DNA of 64,000 nucleotides from the human T2T-CHM13v2.0 reference genome, Homo sapiens. Below the pieces are notes generated by a model. That model saw only the letters and a program-made list of their open reading frames with translations, searched no databases and was not told the DNA's origin. Below, one piece after another: positions 13,601-28,000 of the stretch. The stretch lies in the NCBI RefSeq assembly GCF_009914755.1, contig NC_060930.1; one strand, written 5' to 3'. Made by a program: the position numbers and the translations under genes. Position 1 is the first letter of the stretch. Every line of letters starts with the position of its first letter.

Positions 13601-16261
13601 TGAGGGCCCTGGACCTTGTGTCCCCCTTTAACCAGAGCTTGTCCACTTTTCATTTGCTATGCCTATCAAGGTTTGTCCAAGATTTCATTTGGGAAGAGGA
13701 TTCTGCTACTAAATACAAGGTTTGAAAACTTTACAGAGAAAAGAGAACACATTGGGATCAGAGGTAGGAAGTGTGGGTCCTGACCCAGCCTTTAACTAGC
13801 AGTGTGTCTCTATGTCCAAGGCACTTTAGCTCTCTGGACACCAGTGTTTTCATTTCTAAAATGATGGGCTTGAGCTAGTGGATAAGCTGAAGGTCCCCTA
13901 CAGCTTTGACATTTTAGGATTCTATTCAAGTGGTGTCAAAAAATAAGTAACTCCAGGAAAAGAAGTTTGTGATTCCCAGCCTTCTCCCACTGCCCCAGCA
14001 GTTTTCAAGGCACCTGGAGGACAACAGACGACTTGGGCAAGCATCGCATTGTGGAATTTTTGCTTTTTTACCTTGCAGTTTGTTTTCTGTTCGTATTGTG
14101 TAGTTAGGACAAGGAGCAATAAGACCCAACACAACAAGGTATAGAGCTGTTTTAAGACGATTTACTGTTTTTAGGTTAGAGGTCTAGATTCTTTGGAAAA
14201 AGTGAATGGTGATTTCTCTCATCCTCAAGTTATTCCTGAAGTTCTGTTAATAAAATCTACAGTCAGAAAAGTGGCACCGTGTCCTGCCTAATGGTGTTCG
14301 GGGTGTCCTTTCCACAGGCCATCCAGAGTCCTTTTCCACTGCGGTGTCAGCACTGTCTAGATGGCCGTCCTTGGGAGGCTGGGCTCCCTCTGGACAAACA
14401 GGCCTATAACAGGAGACTTTTCACGTTAATGGACCCAGAGGAAAGATAACCTCAGGATCTATCCCTTTTCACTGGAGACACCTGGAGGCCTGGCACCAGT
14501 TTGCTTCTCTGACCTGAAAATAGAGCATTCTCCTTTCTGGCCCTGCCTCCCACTGGGTGAGAGAAGAGCACTGGGTGGGTGAGGCTAAATCCTGCTTCCT
14601 TTCATATGCAAAGCATAATCTCTTTCCTGGACCTCTTTGGGCACTGAAACAAGAACTCCACTAGCTGCCACACTGTCCAAGCATTTAGCTTTTTGACTTT
14701 TGGGGAAAGCTTTTATTTCCAGGTACCTAAAGTGTGTGGCATTGTAAATAAAGTCAGAAGCTCAGTTTGTTGGTCACAAATACATTGGACAGAAATGAAA
14801 GAAAGCCAATAAGACCATGTTCTTTCTGTGCTTTGCCCTCAGAACGCATTCCCTGGGATGAAAAACCCTGCTCAAGCCTGGGTACAGTGACCCAAGGTGA
14901 CAGCAATGACAGTGGCCCTTCAGAAAGGAGCAAGTGGAGGTGGACCCTGCCTCAAACAGGTTTGGTTTGCTCCTGGTTGAGCTTAGGCCAAACCTCCCCC
15001 TGCTGAAAATAAATAAATAAAATCCAGATACTGCAACTACTTACGCACCTTCCTTTTCTATTTAATTTCAATAAATTGTGGACTAATTCTTCCTAAAAGT
15101 ACATATCAATTAAGAAGACAAAACTTGAATGATCAATACATTGTGGTTTTGGCTGGTCCTATAGCATAACACTGTAGATTTTACTTTCTAAATATTTATT
15201 GAACACAATACTCTGTGAATCAAACTGAATCAATTACTGTGAGGTTCAGAAAGAACATAGAACTCACTCCTTGGTCTTTGATTTTACAGTCTCCTTGGAG
15301 GGGCAGAATCTAACAGAAAACCATACACCTGTGAGACAGAGACTAGTTCAAAACAGTAAAACATCGCATAAAAGACAGCTCTGTTTTTAAACATGGAGCA
15401 CCTGCTCCCAGATGCAGAGGACCACAGCAGTGGTCCAAACAGGGTGGAGCCAGTCTTGCTGCAGGTAGTAGGTTTCACATCAGAATTTGGAGGAAGTGAT
15501 GGGTGTGAGGAAGAGGAAGGAGGGGCAGTGCTCCCAGAGAAATTCCTTTCATTGGATAAGAAAGGTAGGGATGATATTGTGTGATAATAAGAGGGCTGTG
15601 GCACAGTAAGCCTTAGGGACAGTCTTGGACAGGGGAATTTTTCAGTTGTCGTAATTGGGGCAACAGTACATACAGGCTGAATTGAAATGGGGATCCCCAC
15701 ACCCACTCATTAGCCATGTGATCCCCCATGTAGTTTACTAACGTCAGGTCACTGAATGCTTTAACAGCAGTATACAATTTGGATCAGAGTTGATGAACTA
15801 AACTTTTACTAAGCACATACTTGTATTAAATAAATTCACAAAGATCTACATCATCATTGACAAAAATGTGAGCATTTCATATAAATACATGTGCATTATC
15901 TTGATGTTTAAAGTGTTTTTTTAATGCATCGTTTTCATTTGTGTGAACATTTTAGCATTTGTTTTATAGCTTGTTTAGGACATTTAGTCAATTTGAGGTT
16001 TTTGATACTTCACAATTTCATATGTACAATTAATAGATAGAAAATTTGGGTGATTAATCATACAGCTTATTATAGTAATGCCTTCTGGGCATCCTGACTT
16101 TGTACTGCTTTGATCTTGCCCTTTTATGTTGGGTTTTCTTAAAAAGTTAATGGATCCTATTCATTCATAGTTCATTCAACAAATATATATTTTGCCCTAC
16201 TATGTGCTGGGCACAATTCTAGGAATTGAGCTCCCAGTTACTGATTTGGAAACTCAGTATT

Positions 16262-16638
<377 letters not shown>

Positions 16639-17439
16639 TGATTTTATTTAAAATATTTCATCATCAGTACAGAACCCAAACATTCTTACTAGTGCTTTTG
16701 AAAGAAATCAATTTAGTAAATTTGGCACATTGAATGTTGACAAGTTGGTCAGCTTCTCCCCACTCAGAGCCCTAAAGAACCTCTAGGGTTCCATAAACAG
16801 TTTGAAAACCACTGGGTCAGATAAACTCTAAAGCCTCTTACCATTGTAAAGCTCTGTCTCAACTTCTCTGTGCCATTTTTCTTTTGCATATTTAACTTAT
16901 GGAATAATAAGGCAACTTATCCAGACAGAGTCGTGATGACTACTTGATACATATTTAAGGTATAATTCACCTTATTCCATTTTTAATATGTCTTTGCGTT
17001 CCCCTGGTGGTTTGGTTGCTCCCATAGCAAGCAGGATGGCATGTGAGGACTGCAGAATACCTGAACACCCCTTAAAATATAAGTATATGAGAGACATCCT
17101 CAAGCCTGTGGTGTATGTGGAGGGCTAGAATTGCCACAAAAAAAATACAGAAAAAAAGTACATTGTACAGTTAAAATCTCTTGTATTTTGCTTGTAAAGG
17201 AGAACATTTTACCTAAAATAGACTGTACTTTGAATACAAATGCTATTCATTGTATTAAGACCTGTCCATATAAATGAGTTAACTGGAAGATCATTCTGCA
17301 TATTCTGTGTTGTGCATAGAATTTAGAAGAATGCAAGAATGCATGAGACTTGAAGCACAAAGCATTAATTCAAATTTTGAGAGCAGTACCCAGGTAAACA
17401 GTGAATAGTACAGGTCATTGAAGTTTTTTGCTTTTGGTG

Positions 17440-17740
17440 TTTTTTTTTTTTTTTTTGAGACAGGGTTTCACTGTGTGGACCAGGCTAGAGTACAGAGGCA
17501 CGATCTCAACTTGTTGCAACCTCCCGTTCCCAGGCTCAAGCAATCCTCCCATCTCAGCCCTCCAAATAGCTGGGACTATAGGCACGCATTATCATGCTTG
17601 GCTAATTTTCAAAATTTTTTTGTAGAAATGAGGTCTCACTATATTGCCAAGACTGATATCAAACTCCTGGGCTCAAGTGATCCTCTATCCTTGGCCTCCC
17701 AGAGTGCTGGTGTTACAGGTCTGAGCCACCATGCCCGTCC
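17440..17740 (-). mobile_element. AluJ
   Basis: Poly-T and antisense dimer with J-type ctcctgggctcaagtgatcctc. Confidence 0.92.
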
Positions 17741-19539
17741 TGAAATTATAAGAAGTATACTTAAGAGAGTTTTTGGCAAGGGGGACTGCTGATAGCATAA
17801 CATTAAATTGGGGGAGTGGCGTGGATCAGGATAATATGCAGGATAATATCCATATAAACAAGAAACTACAGAAAATAAGTAGCAAAATCTACAAAGGTTG
17901 TAGTTTAGAAGGTCAATTACGTATGTTTTTTCTGCTTCTCCACACTTGCCAGATGTTTAGAATAAGCATGTAATACTTTGATACTCAAGGAAAAGGTAAA
18001 GACTGAAAATAAAAAAAGTTCGGCAGCTCTCATCCAATTCAAGGCTAGCAAACGACAGGAGATTTTGAAAAATCAGAATGATGTGTGTATGGCAGTAGGT
18101 GCCCTCTAAATTACTTTAATACTATCACTGAGACTATCATTTTAACTCTTAACTTGCATTGTTTTGGACAGTTGCTGGGAGAGTCACAGGTAGGATAGTC
18201 TGATCCCTGTCCAGTTAGTGGTTCCATAAAGTCCAGTTAGTGGTTCCGTAAAGCTAATTCATTGTCAACTAATGTAACTTCAGCTTTTGTTGCTGCAGCT
18301 TGTTTCTGGTGTTTGCATACAGATTGAGCACATTTGCAAGAATCCAGAACATAATGTGTATTTCACATGATCAGATAAGTACATTTAAGCTTCTTAGCTA
18401 AAGAATTTCTATGGGTTACTCTTTACTTCCAAATCCAAAGAGACTAAATCATAAAATGTAAATAGACTTCTAAACTTTCATTTCCCCACCTTTTGGTACC
18501 TCCAGTTTTTGAATAGTGCTGTTCTACAGAGGGTGATTTCATTTTTAGTTCATTCTTGTAATTTTCATTTTTAGTTCATTCTTGTAATTTTACTGTGTAA
18601 ACAATCAGTTCTTTGCCCATGCCCAGTTTGACCTTTTCAGACTTTAGTGCAAATTAAAACTGGCTGGAGGCAGAAGGGACAGGAAAGGACCTGGGGAATG
18701 AGGATGAGGGGACTAGTCAAGTACCTTAGGTTACTTAATGTTGCTTGTTTTGAACCTTGAGGTCACGTCAGAGAGGAGTGCTCACTCCTTCAAGTACCTA
18801 AGAAGTGTTCCAAAGTGAATGTGAAGTTAATGGGATTGCTAGGTTTTGAAAACAAGATGAGCAACACTCAGAAATCAACAACTGCTCTTCTATTTTGTTT
18901 TTGATTTTTGTTTGTTTGTGTTCCTGGTTATGGAATGAGAGGGCTGTTCAGTGGCAACCCAACAATTTCTTCTCTTTTGGTCAACTTTTCCTTTTTGACC
19001 AGAATGTAAGAGGAGAGTACAGATAGCAAGAATGATTGGTGTGTTTTGCTTCACCTTGTCCTTGCCCCAGCTATAGCAGTGTTGCCCACTAATTAACAGT
19101 GCTATCGTCCAGAGCTGAACTGCAGAAAGTTCAAGAGGAGTGAAGATCTGACCTTAGTGCAGAGTTCAGCTGTGTTTGCCCCTCAGATCATCTTTAGGAT
19201 GGAATGATTTTCATGGTTCATTAATGAATAGTGGAGAAGCAAGTGGGAACTTATCAAAATCTGTATTCTAGAATGTACCATCCCCAAGATAGTAAGTATT
19301 TTTGCAAGATGGAAGGACTGTTCCTGTGGCCGTTGTTACCCAGTGTAGTCGTAGAGCCTGTAGGATTGTTTTGCCCCATTTTATGTCCCTCACTGGAAAA
19401 GGCCATCATGTGGCTTGAGGGTCAGGACAATGCCAGTGCCTGGCTATAGGCTCCAGATCCTGTTCCCTCTCCCTCTCTGAGGCCCTCACTGCGGCCCTCA
19501 CTGCATCATGCTTAGGCCCTGGTGCAAACCTTTGAGTTC

Positions 19540-19710
19540 TCATCCATGTGGTCTTGGGCAGGTTTCTGCAAGCTTCAGTTTTCTCATCTGTAAAATGGGG
19601 ACCATATTGTCCTCATTGTTGTGAAGACTTACAGAGATAGTACGTATGAAACACTTAGAACAGTGTTTAGTACCTCATATGCACTTAATAAATGTTAGCG
19701 TTTTTATTAT
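19540..19710 (+). mobile_element. MIR
   Basis: tcttgggcagg...cttcagttttctcatctgtaaaatgggg...acacttagaacagtg...aataaatgttagc. Confidence 0.75.
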
Positions 19711-20079
19711 TAGTAGTGATCCCTTGCTGGCATCTTTCCTGGCTTCTGTCCCTACCACTCCTTTGATACTGCTGTTGCCAAGGCAACTAGTGATAACCTC
19801 TTGTTGCCAAAGCTCATGGACACTCTGTTCTCCTCTCTTTCTGGATCTTTCAGTGGTGACTCCTTTCTCCTTGAAGCACTAAACTCTCCTGGGCACGATC
19901 GCCACACTCCCCTCCTGTCTGGTGGCTTCTGTTCTTTCTTTTGTCTGATCCCTGTTCTCTACCTGCCCTCATGTTGCATGACTCCCATGAGAAACTCTCA
20001 GGTTTTCTCTTCTCCATTTCCTCTCTAGGTACACCCATCCGCTCCATCCTCTCTAGGTAAACCCATCCCAGTGGCTTTC

Positions 20080-20385
20080 ATTACTTAGTTGCTCCTCCTG
20101 CAGGTCTTAAGTCTTTCCTGACTTTCCAGTCTGTCTTAGGTACACCCAGCTGACCTTGTTATTTTCTCTTATGGTATCCTGTTGTTTTCCTTCAGAGCAC
20201 TTTTCACAATTTGTAATTATGTATGTATTTGTTTGCTTTAATTAATGTCTGTCCCTTACCTCCCTCTCACTCCACAAAATTATAAAATCTATGAATGAGA
20301 CCAGGGACCATGTCTGTCTGTTCACTCACATTTGTATGCCTGGTGCATGGAAGGACCTCAGCAAATACCAATTTGAATGACTGAA
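20080..20385 (+). mobile_element. L2 3' end
   Basis: agcacttttcacaatttgtaattat...cagggaccatgtctgtctgttcact...ctcagcaaata...tgaatgactgaa. Confidence 0.65.
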
Positions 20386-21297
20386 CCTGCGGCCTCTCCA
20401 GTTCTTCCACCACCACTCTGGCCCTGATGTTATATGATATTAAATGTTAATAAAAATAACTTTTATTTTTTAGATTTGATGCTCTGGGCTTGAGTGGAGA
20501 CTGCCTTACTTTCTGTTCATTTCGTGTTACTCCAAAGTTAGAAAAGCATAAACTTAACCAAGTTACAATATCCTGGTATGTTGTGGATAATCTGTGCTCA
20601 CTGGCTGTTGATGTTATTTTCTGATAGTTTTGTGAAAATTGTTGCTAAGGCATTGGCCCAGACAAAATTCCCATGATTGGTAGAAATAACCCTATATATT
20701 CTGTTACCATTGAATTAATTCCCAGTAAATGGTAAGACCATATGTAAGCCTCTCTTCGAGCCTTCTTTCCCATGATTCATTTTTTTTGTCTTGAATCCCC
20801 AGAATTGCTTTTTTTTTTTTTTTCTTGAAATCCAGGTTGACCCAAAACAAGAAGTGTCAATAGCCTCATCATAATATAGCCTCTTAGCTATAAATGTATT
20901 AAGTCCCTATCCTTAATGGCCTCCACATGAGAACTTCTAAAACTTCAGGGCCAGGAGGATTACTGTTAGCCCTGCCAGTCGGCAACATTAGAAGATGATA
21001 GAACCCAGCACACATACAAGTCATTCACTGAAAAGCACTTTTAAAGTGCCTGATGACACATACATCAGGGTAGGTATAGAATATAGGCACATAAAAGTCT
21101 TTCTTGTTAGGTGTTTCTATTGCATTATCTTAACATGAACAGAAACCTCTAATTACCATTATTAATGCTTGGAATTTTATAATTTTTAAAAAATCTAATT
21201 TATACTAAAGTTGAGAGAGAGTGTGTGTATACACACAGAGATAACATGCAGGAGGGCATGTCAGTAAAATTAATTCCTAAAAATAGAATTGTTGAGT

Positions 21298-21725
21298 TAT
21301 CAGGTAGGATTAGGTTTGGCTAATGGAAAACAAATTTAATAGTGAATTATTCTCATGTAAAAGAAGTCTAGGGCTTGTGTGGCCACTGTAAGAAGTGATT
21401 GATGCTCAGACTCCTCTTATTCTCTGCCCTCTCATCTCAGCAAGTGGCTTTCATCCTCAGGGTCTCCTCATGGTCCATCCGAATGGAGGCCAAAAGGAGG
21501 AAAAACAGCACGAATGAAGAGACTCATCTCTCACCTGAGTAGCTGCCTTTAAATAGTCTTGCATGGAACTCTTCCACTTCCATGTCATTCTATTTTCAAA
21601 GCTAAGTCACATAGCCACATCTAACTTCGAAGAAGGCTGAGGAATGTAGTCTTTTTGTCTGGGCCCAGCTAAAAATTGGCATTGTGTGAGTAATGAATAA
21701 GAGAAGAATGGAGTAGTCTGTTCTA
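21298..21725. mobile_element. MaLR LTR (MLT1-like) remnant
   Basis: ggctttcatcctcaggg...aagtcacatagccacatctaacttcgaagaaggctgaggaatgtagtcttt. Confidence 0.55.
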
Positions 21726-24049
21726 CTAAGTCAAAGGTTGTGTGCAGTATCAACAGATAGTGATAAACAGTCCTTCAAAAACTTTGCACCCACTTTAACA
21801 CTTTCACCAACCAATCCAAATTTTTTTTTCCCAAATCTTAATTAAAAACAAAATGTCCTCTACTGCTGTATTTGAATTGTGTTGTCTTTTTGAAGCATGA
21901 GTATAACTTCTAATAGAACTTAATTTTCTATTCAGATTTTAAACTTCTAAATGCTTCTGAAGTTTAAGGCAGATAACCTAGTTTATTTAAGTCTGATAGT
22001 TTATTCCTGTGACTTCGATTGCTAAAGGTAGGTTTTCTTGGAGATGGGAAACCTGGGAAAAGAGAATGTGTACTTCTTTAGTGCTGGAAGAATGTCTGCT
22101 TCTTTCCTCCTGCATTTTATTGCAGATGCTAACCTTACTCAGCATGGTTTAGTTCAGAAGAGAAAATAAAGGGAGAATTCATTTATGCTTTCGAGAAAAT
22201 GTGTTGAGTCTTCCACATGCCAGGCATCTCCAACATAAAAGAAAGAGATGTATCTCTTTTGCTATCTAACTCTTCCCACTTTCCTTCTTATGATCTGATG
22301 TGACTTCTCCATATCTTATGTACCTTCCCCCCAATAACAATTGTAATAATCATCACTAAGCGTAGTACTGCACAAAAGAGAGCTATCAGGTAAAAGGACA
22401 GAAAAACCACGGGAGTTTTAAAATGTCCAAGTAGTATTTAAATTTTAAACCTTACTTTTTTCTGTTTTTAAACCTCATATATGAATTTAGACAGACAAAC
22501 TAAAACCTGTTTACTATAGTAAGAATACCTCACTGTAGCTTAAATTGGTGTTTTTAAAATGATGGCTTTGGCCAAATTCTTTGGCAGCTACCCTAGACTG
22601 GAAGCATTAAAAATTGATTACTTGCAAGTTGTTGCTAATAGTTCCTTATTTCTGCAGGCCTTGCCACTCAGCCCAAACTGGGGTCCCTGCATAATGTTTA
22701 TTGTAGCTGGAGTGCTGTGCTGGTGTCCTGCTGCCTAAGTGGAGTGAGTTGACCCTAATTTACTCCTGGATGCCTGCATTCTTTTCCATGCATGTCCACA
22801 AATAGCATCACAGCAAATTAACAGAATTTTCTGATTGATGTAGGGAGAAACCAAAGAAGGCCTGTGTTTGGTGGCCAAAACACCACACAGTATGAGCAGA
22901 GTGGAACTACTGGCCCATTTTATAGCATTCTAATTGATAATTATCAAAGAGCACATTATTTGACCATGTGGCAACAATCCAGTATCATTTCAGAGGTACT
23001 AGACATGTAGATGTCCGTGAACACCATAGTGAATATACCCCCTCCTTTTGCCAAAATTGAAATAGGTTATCCAAGAGGAAAGGGGAGGGAAAAGAAAATA
23101 CCAATTTCCTCTTTACAAAACTGTGGCAAATGAGATGTCATAAAATTCTGTATTTCATGATAAAGCCTCCTGGCTCATCATTAATAAGCTAGAAAATTAA
23201 CTCTTTTTTTGGAAACTTGGAGAGAGTCTATAAATGTCATCGTATGTGTTTGCTGTTGGTTCACAGGCAATGCCTAGTCCATTTTCCTTCACAGAGATCT
23301 AAAGCTACTAAATACTGTCAGAAGAAAGAAGAAAATTTATGTGGGAGAGCTAAGTGGAAAGAGGAGGGAATCCTAGGTGTCTACATTCACGACACTTTAC
23401 AACAGCAAAGTCACTGTGGCGAGGGGAGAGACCTGGAAGCACCTCTGCCAAGGTAAAATTGAGGGCAGTCCATAGACAAGTCGAAGAACTGAGGAGAAAT
23501 GTTTCCTGGCCCAGGACTCCATAATGGAATCTGTCTGGACCCTGCAGAAACTCAGTACTGTTAGGACTGCCTTGAGATGAGGCAGCCCAGTTGTCAGGGA
23601 GATGGGAGTAGGAATGGACATAAGGTGTCTGTTCTTGTATTGGTGGAAGAGGAAGGTAAAAAGAAATAAACCTAAACCTGCTGCTCACTTAGCTCTATTT
23701 CCCACAAGCAAACCGCAACATTGAGTAACAGCTGAAAAAGATGGTGACTAATGTAGATGAAACACTGAAAATGACTCTCTGGGGGTCTTCTCACCCCTGC
23801 TCCCTTTGATTAATGGTTTATTGTCGTAAAGCCTTAAGGGTCGTTGGCAGAGCCAGGTCAGAGCATTCAGAGTGCTGGAGCCATGTATGTCTGCCTCTCT
23901 TGCTTTTTGTTTCTCATCCTATTATCTTGTATTCCTTCTTATTTTACATAGGAGAAGAGAAGAAAGATGGCTAGAGATGATCATTGCCCAATTTTATCTT
24001 TCATGGTTAAGGAAATAATCAGTTCACAAGCTAAAGCAGTGGACTGTCA

Positions 24050-24383
<334 letters not shown>

Positions 24384-24865
24384 GGACTACAAGTGTCTCA
24401 GATTTGCCCCTACCAGACGCCAAACTCTTGGGTCAGAGGCAAAGGGATCTGTTATTCTCTCATGGCACAGCAGCCAGCATGAGCAGTAGTCTATTTTGCA
24501 TTGGTTCTTCCTTGCCCCCGAATCCCACAGGGGTGACATAGATAGGCCCAGGTTGATGGCTGCACATGTAGTGGGTTGTGCAGGAACCTTGAGCTTAGGG
24601 ATCTTAAATCATTTGTAATAGGCAGTAAGTATGTCTGCCCTTTGCTCTGGAGGGAGACACTATGACTACCTTTCAAGGCTGCTCACTGTGCAGATGAAAG
24701 ATAGTCCTACCTTGAAAGATAGTCTAGAACAAAGACCCGTCAGTACTTTGCTTGACAAAGCAAAGACATTCAGTAACACAAGAAACCCCTGGCAAATTGT
24801 TCTCCAAATGGAGATTTGTTAATCTTATAAGTAGCTGATATCCCTAGTTCACCACCACCCTCAGC

Positions 24866-25038
24866 TTTTTTTTTTTTTTTTTTTTTTTTTTGAGATGGGG
24901 GTCTCACTGTGTTGCCCAAGCTGGAATGCAGTGACATGATCTTGGCTCATGGCAACCTCCACTTCCCAGGCTCAAGCCGTTTGTCTGCCTCTGCCTCCTA
25001 AAGTGCTGGGATTACAGGTGTGAGCCCTGTGCCTGGCC
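24866..25038 (-). mobile_element. Monomer-length Alu (left-arm 5' part fused to right-arm 3' part)
   Basis: Poly-T, right-arm sequence up to ggctcaagc, then left-arm cctcctaaagtgctgggattacagg. Confidence 0.85.
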
Positions 25039-28000
25039 CCTACTTCCCTTTCTATCCACAAATTAATATCAGGACTCAGCTGTCTTTCTTCAGAAAACTC
25101 CTTAGTTTATAGCTGTTTGAAAGGATCTGATGAGCTTGTGTCTAGAGAAACAGCTAACATTCCACATAATGCCTCAGAGAGTTGTGTGTTACTTGACGTT
25201 TGTTGTGTGTTACTTTGAACCTGAAAATGGCTCAGAAACATCTGTTTCTTCATATTTGTCCTCCCTTGTCTTGATGTGAAGGGATTACTCTCAATGGCCC
25301 CCATATATTTAATGATTTGTTAATCCTTAGGGAAAGACCTAGTACCTGATCGTATTATGAGCCCACACATCGTTCCCATTAGCAAATGAAAAACCTGACT
25401 AAAGGGAAAGGGCTGGAAATTTCAGGAGGACCAAGTTAAAGAGTTCCAGAAAGTTTGGGGAGATAATCCAAGGGCTGACCCTGCCAACTCAGACTTAACC
25501 AAGGAGGTAGTTATAAGGTCAGGGGTCCTGCATCCTCAGGAATGCCCTTAGAGTCACTGACTGCTAATATGGTGGGACCAGTGAGCCCTGGAGCACAGGG
25601 ACACGTGCTGGTTGAGGAGTGGGCTCACCCTCCAACTCTCCACCGTATTCTGACCCCTCCCTCTTAGACTCTTCTGTCTCCTCCAGCCACAAGCAGGGTC
25701 TAAAAGAACTGTTTCCTACGTTCTTTTAGCCCCTGAGGCACCCAGTTATAGGAATTTTCTATTTCTACTGTGTGTTCAGCTTTTATAGTCTCTTGCATGA
25801 CTGTCCTTGCCAGTTAATACTATTTCTCCTGCCCTTTGGGTGATAGATATTACACTACTGATGCTTGTATTTCCAGTTTCTTAAGTGCTTTCAAGTTTAC
25901 CTAGCATGTACATGAAGTAGATTAGAGCCTGCTACAATAAAATACTGCATTTCTGTTATGGCCTTTAGAAAAACTATGATTTTATCTCATGTGCATTCAG
26001 TCTGCTTCATTCATCATAGTTTAGGGGTAGTGCTAATAATTAACTTACACATTTGGGAACACCCTAGATTTTAAGTTAGAATACAGGGGTATCTGAGTGG
26101 CTCAGTGAATGTTTTTTCAGAAAAATGCAATCAGTGCCTAGTTCTTTAGTTACTGGAAATGTCCTTTCTTTATTTGATCTTTTTTTGTGAACTTTTGAGC
26201 TTTCTGATGCTCATCTGTGTGTGTAATTAGCACCCAGGAGTGTCGTGGAATAAATAGTTGACTTGGTCAGCATTTCATAATACCATTATATTGGTCATCA
26301 GCCGCTTTTGCATCCTGTGGTTTTGAACAAGAAAAAAAAATCTTGCAAAACCACTATGGTGAAATACTGAATATGCAGATGAGGTATAGGTTAAAGAAGG
26401 CAGTCCCTCGGGAGGCTCCTCATTAGAGCTGAATTTCAGTGAGGTGTGGAGGGGACAGAAGATACTATTAGCCCAAGTCATTTTACAGAATTGACTGCAT
26501 CGTACTCTTTATTTCCGTACAGAAAATATACATCAATTGTTTTGTTTGCAGTAGCCAACATGGGGTATTCTGGTGTGTAGCATTTACTTTCTCTGCTTCT
26601 TTCACTGGTAACACCTTGATTTACAGTGACTATTAGGATAATTAACATTGACACTTGGAAGATAGCCTGCTTCCAAATGCATGCACACTTGTCTGTTTTA
26701 TAAATGCTAACCCAAACTTTTTCCTTTCCTAGCTGAAAAATGTGTCTCCACTCCTTCCAATCTTTCCAGGGTGTGGGCCTGTGCGTAGCTGTGTGACTGT
26801 GCCCACACACTGGCATATATTTCAGAGCTACCAAAAAGAAATCAGTTGCTCTTGAAATAACAAGACAAAAAGGAACGGTTTTTCTGAGCCATAACATCTG
26901 AAGAGCTAGAAGCAGTTGTGTTTGTATGTGTGACGCTAAAGCCAGTAAATTTCATGTGAAGGAAGGGATTGTAAACTAAGAACAGAAAAGCAGTTTTCCT
27001 GGATTTCAGATGTCAAACTCTCAAGCTGTTTAACTCACCCACTCAGCACCTCCACATCCATCCCTGTAATGTGCTTGCATTGTCAGTGATTTGTTTCTGC
27101 AGGTTTTGATGCCAGAAGACAAATAATAAAATAGTAGGCATATGTAACCTTAAAGCAGTTTTCTACCAGAGTTTTTGATTGAGGTTAAACAGAAGTATCC
27201 TGATCACGTCGTCAGTTGGCAGGCAAAAGGCATCATATTTTAAGATTCACATAGTTTTAGAGCAAGCTCATCTTTTCTGGCTCAATAATAAACTAATTAC
27301 ATGTTTTAAATAGTATAGAGCTGAGTCCCTGTTTCAGATTAAGCCTCATAATAGCAAGGGCCAGGCACTAGCAGACATTTGCTTGATGTTTCTGGCTTGA
27401 GGATCCGTAACGTGGTGCCAGCTGTTTTAGGGCCTGAATAGGCCTGCCAGGGACAGCCAGGTGATATTGGCTTGACGTAGTCACAGGCTAATTCTCCCAG
27501 AACACAGAAGCCTCCAGACGTGCCACCAAGGAAAGCCTGGATATGTAGAAGTTCAGTTTATGGCTATAGTAATATTTGGGCATTCCCCAAAATAGTGATC
27601 CCAGTTCAGGTTAGGACATGATAGTAGTGTCCCTTTGAGGTCTGTCTGAGAAAAGGTGTCATTTCTAAAAAATTAGTGTTAGCAGATGGGCAGATGTGGC
27701 TCCAACAAGGCTTGCTTCATGGCTTATCATTTTTCCACATTTTCCATCCCTTTCATAAGCCTAGGGACCACATGCTGAACATTTAATTGAATCACACAGA
27801 TTTTGTAGTCTTTAAAGCTTCTTATTCCTTGGTCACTTGTTAGTGGTGCCTCCCTCCTTGGTCAGTTTGGTGACTTCAGAAGGAAATACACAGTGCAGTG
27901 GTGAGAGCTTCACTTTTGAAGTTAGCCTCAGGCTTGATTTCTAGCACCACCACCCACTAGACAAATTGCTTAACCTTTCTGCACCTCAGTTTCCTCCTGA

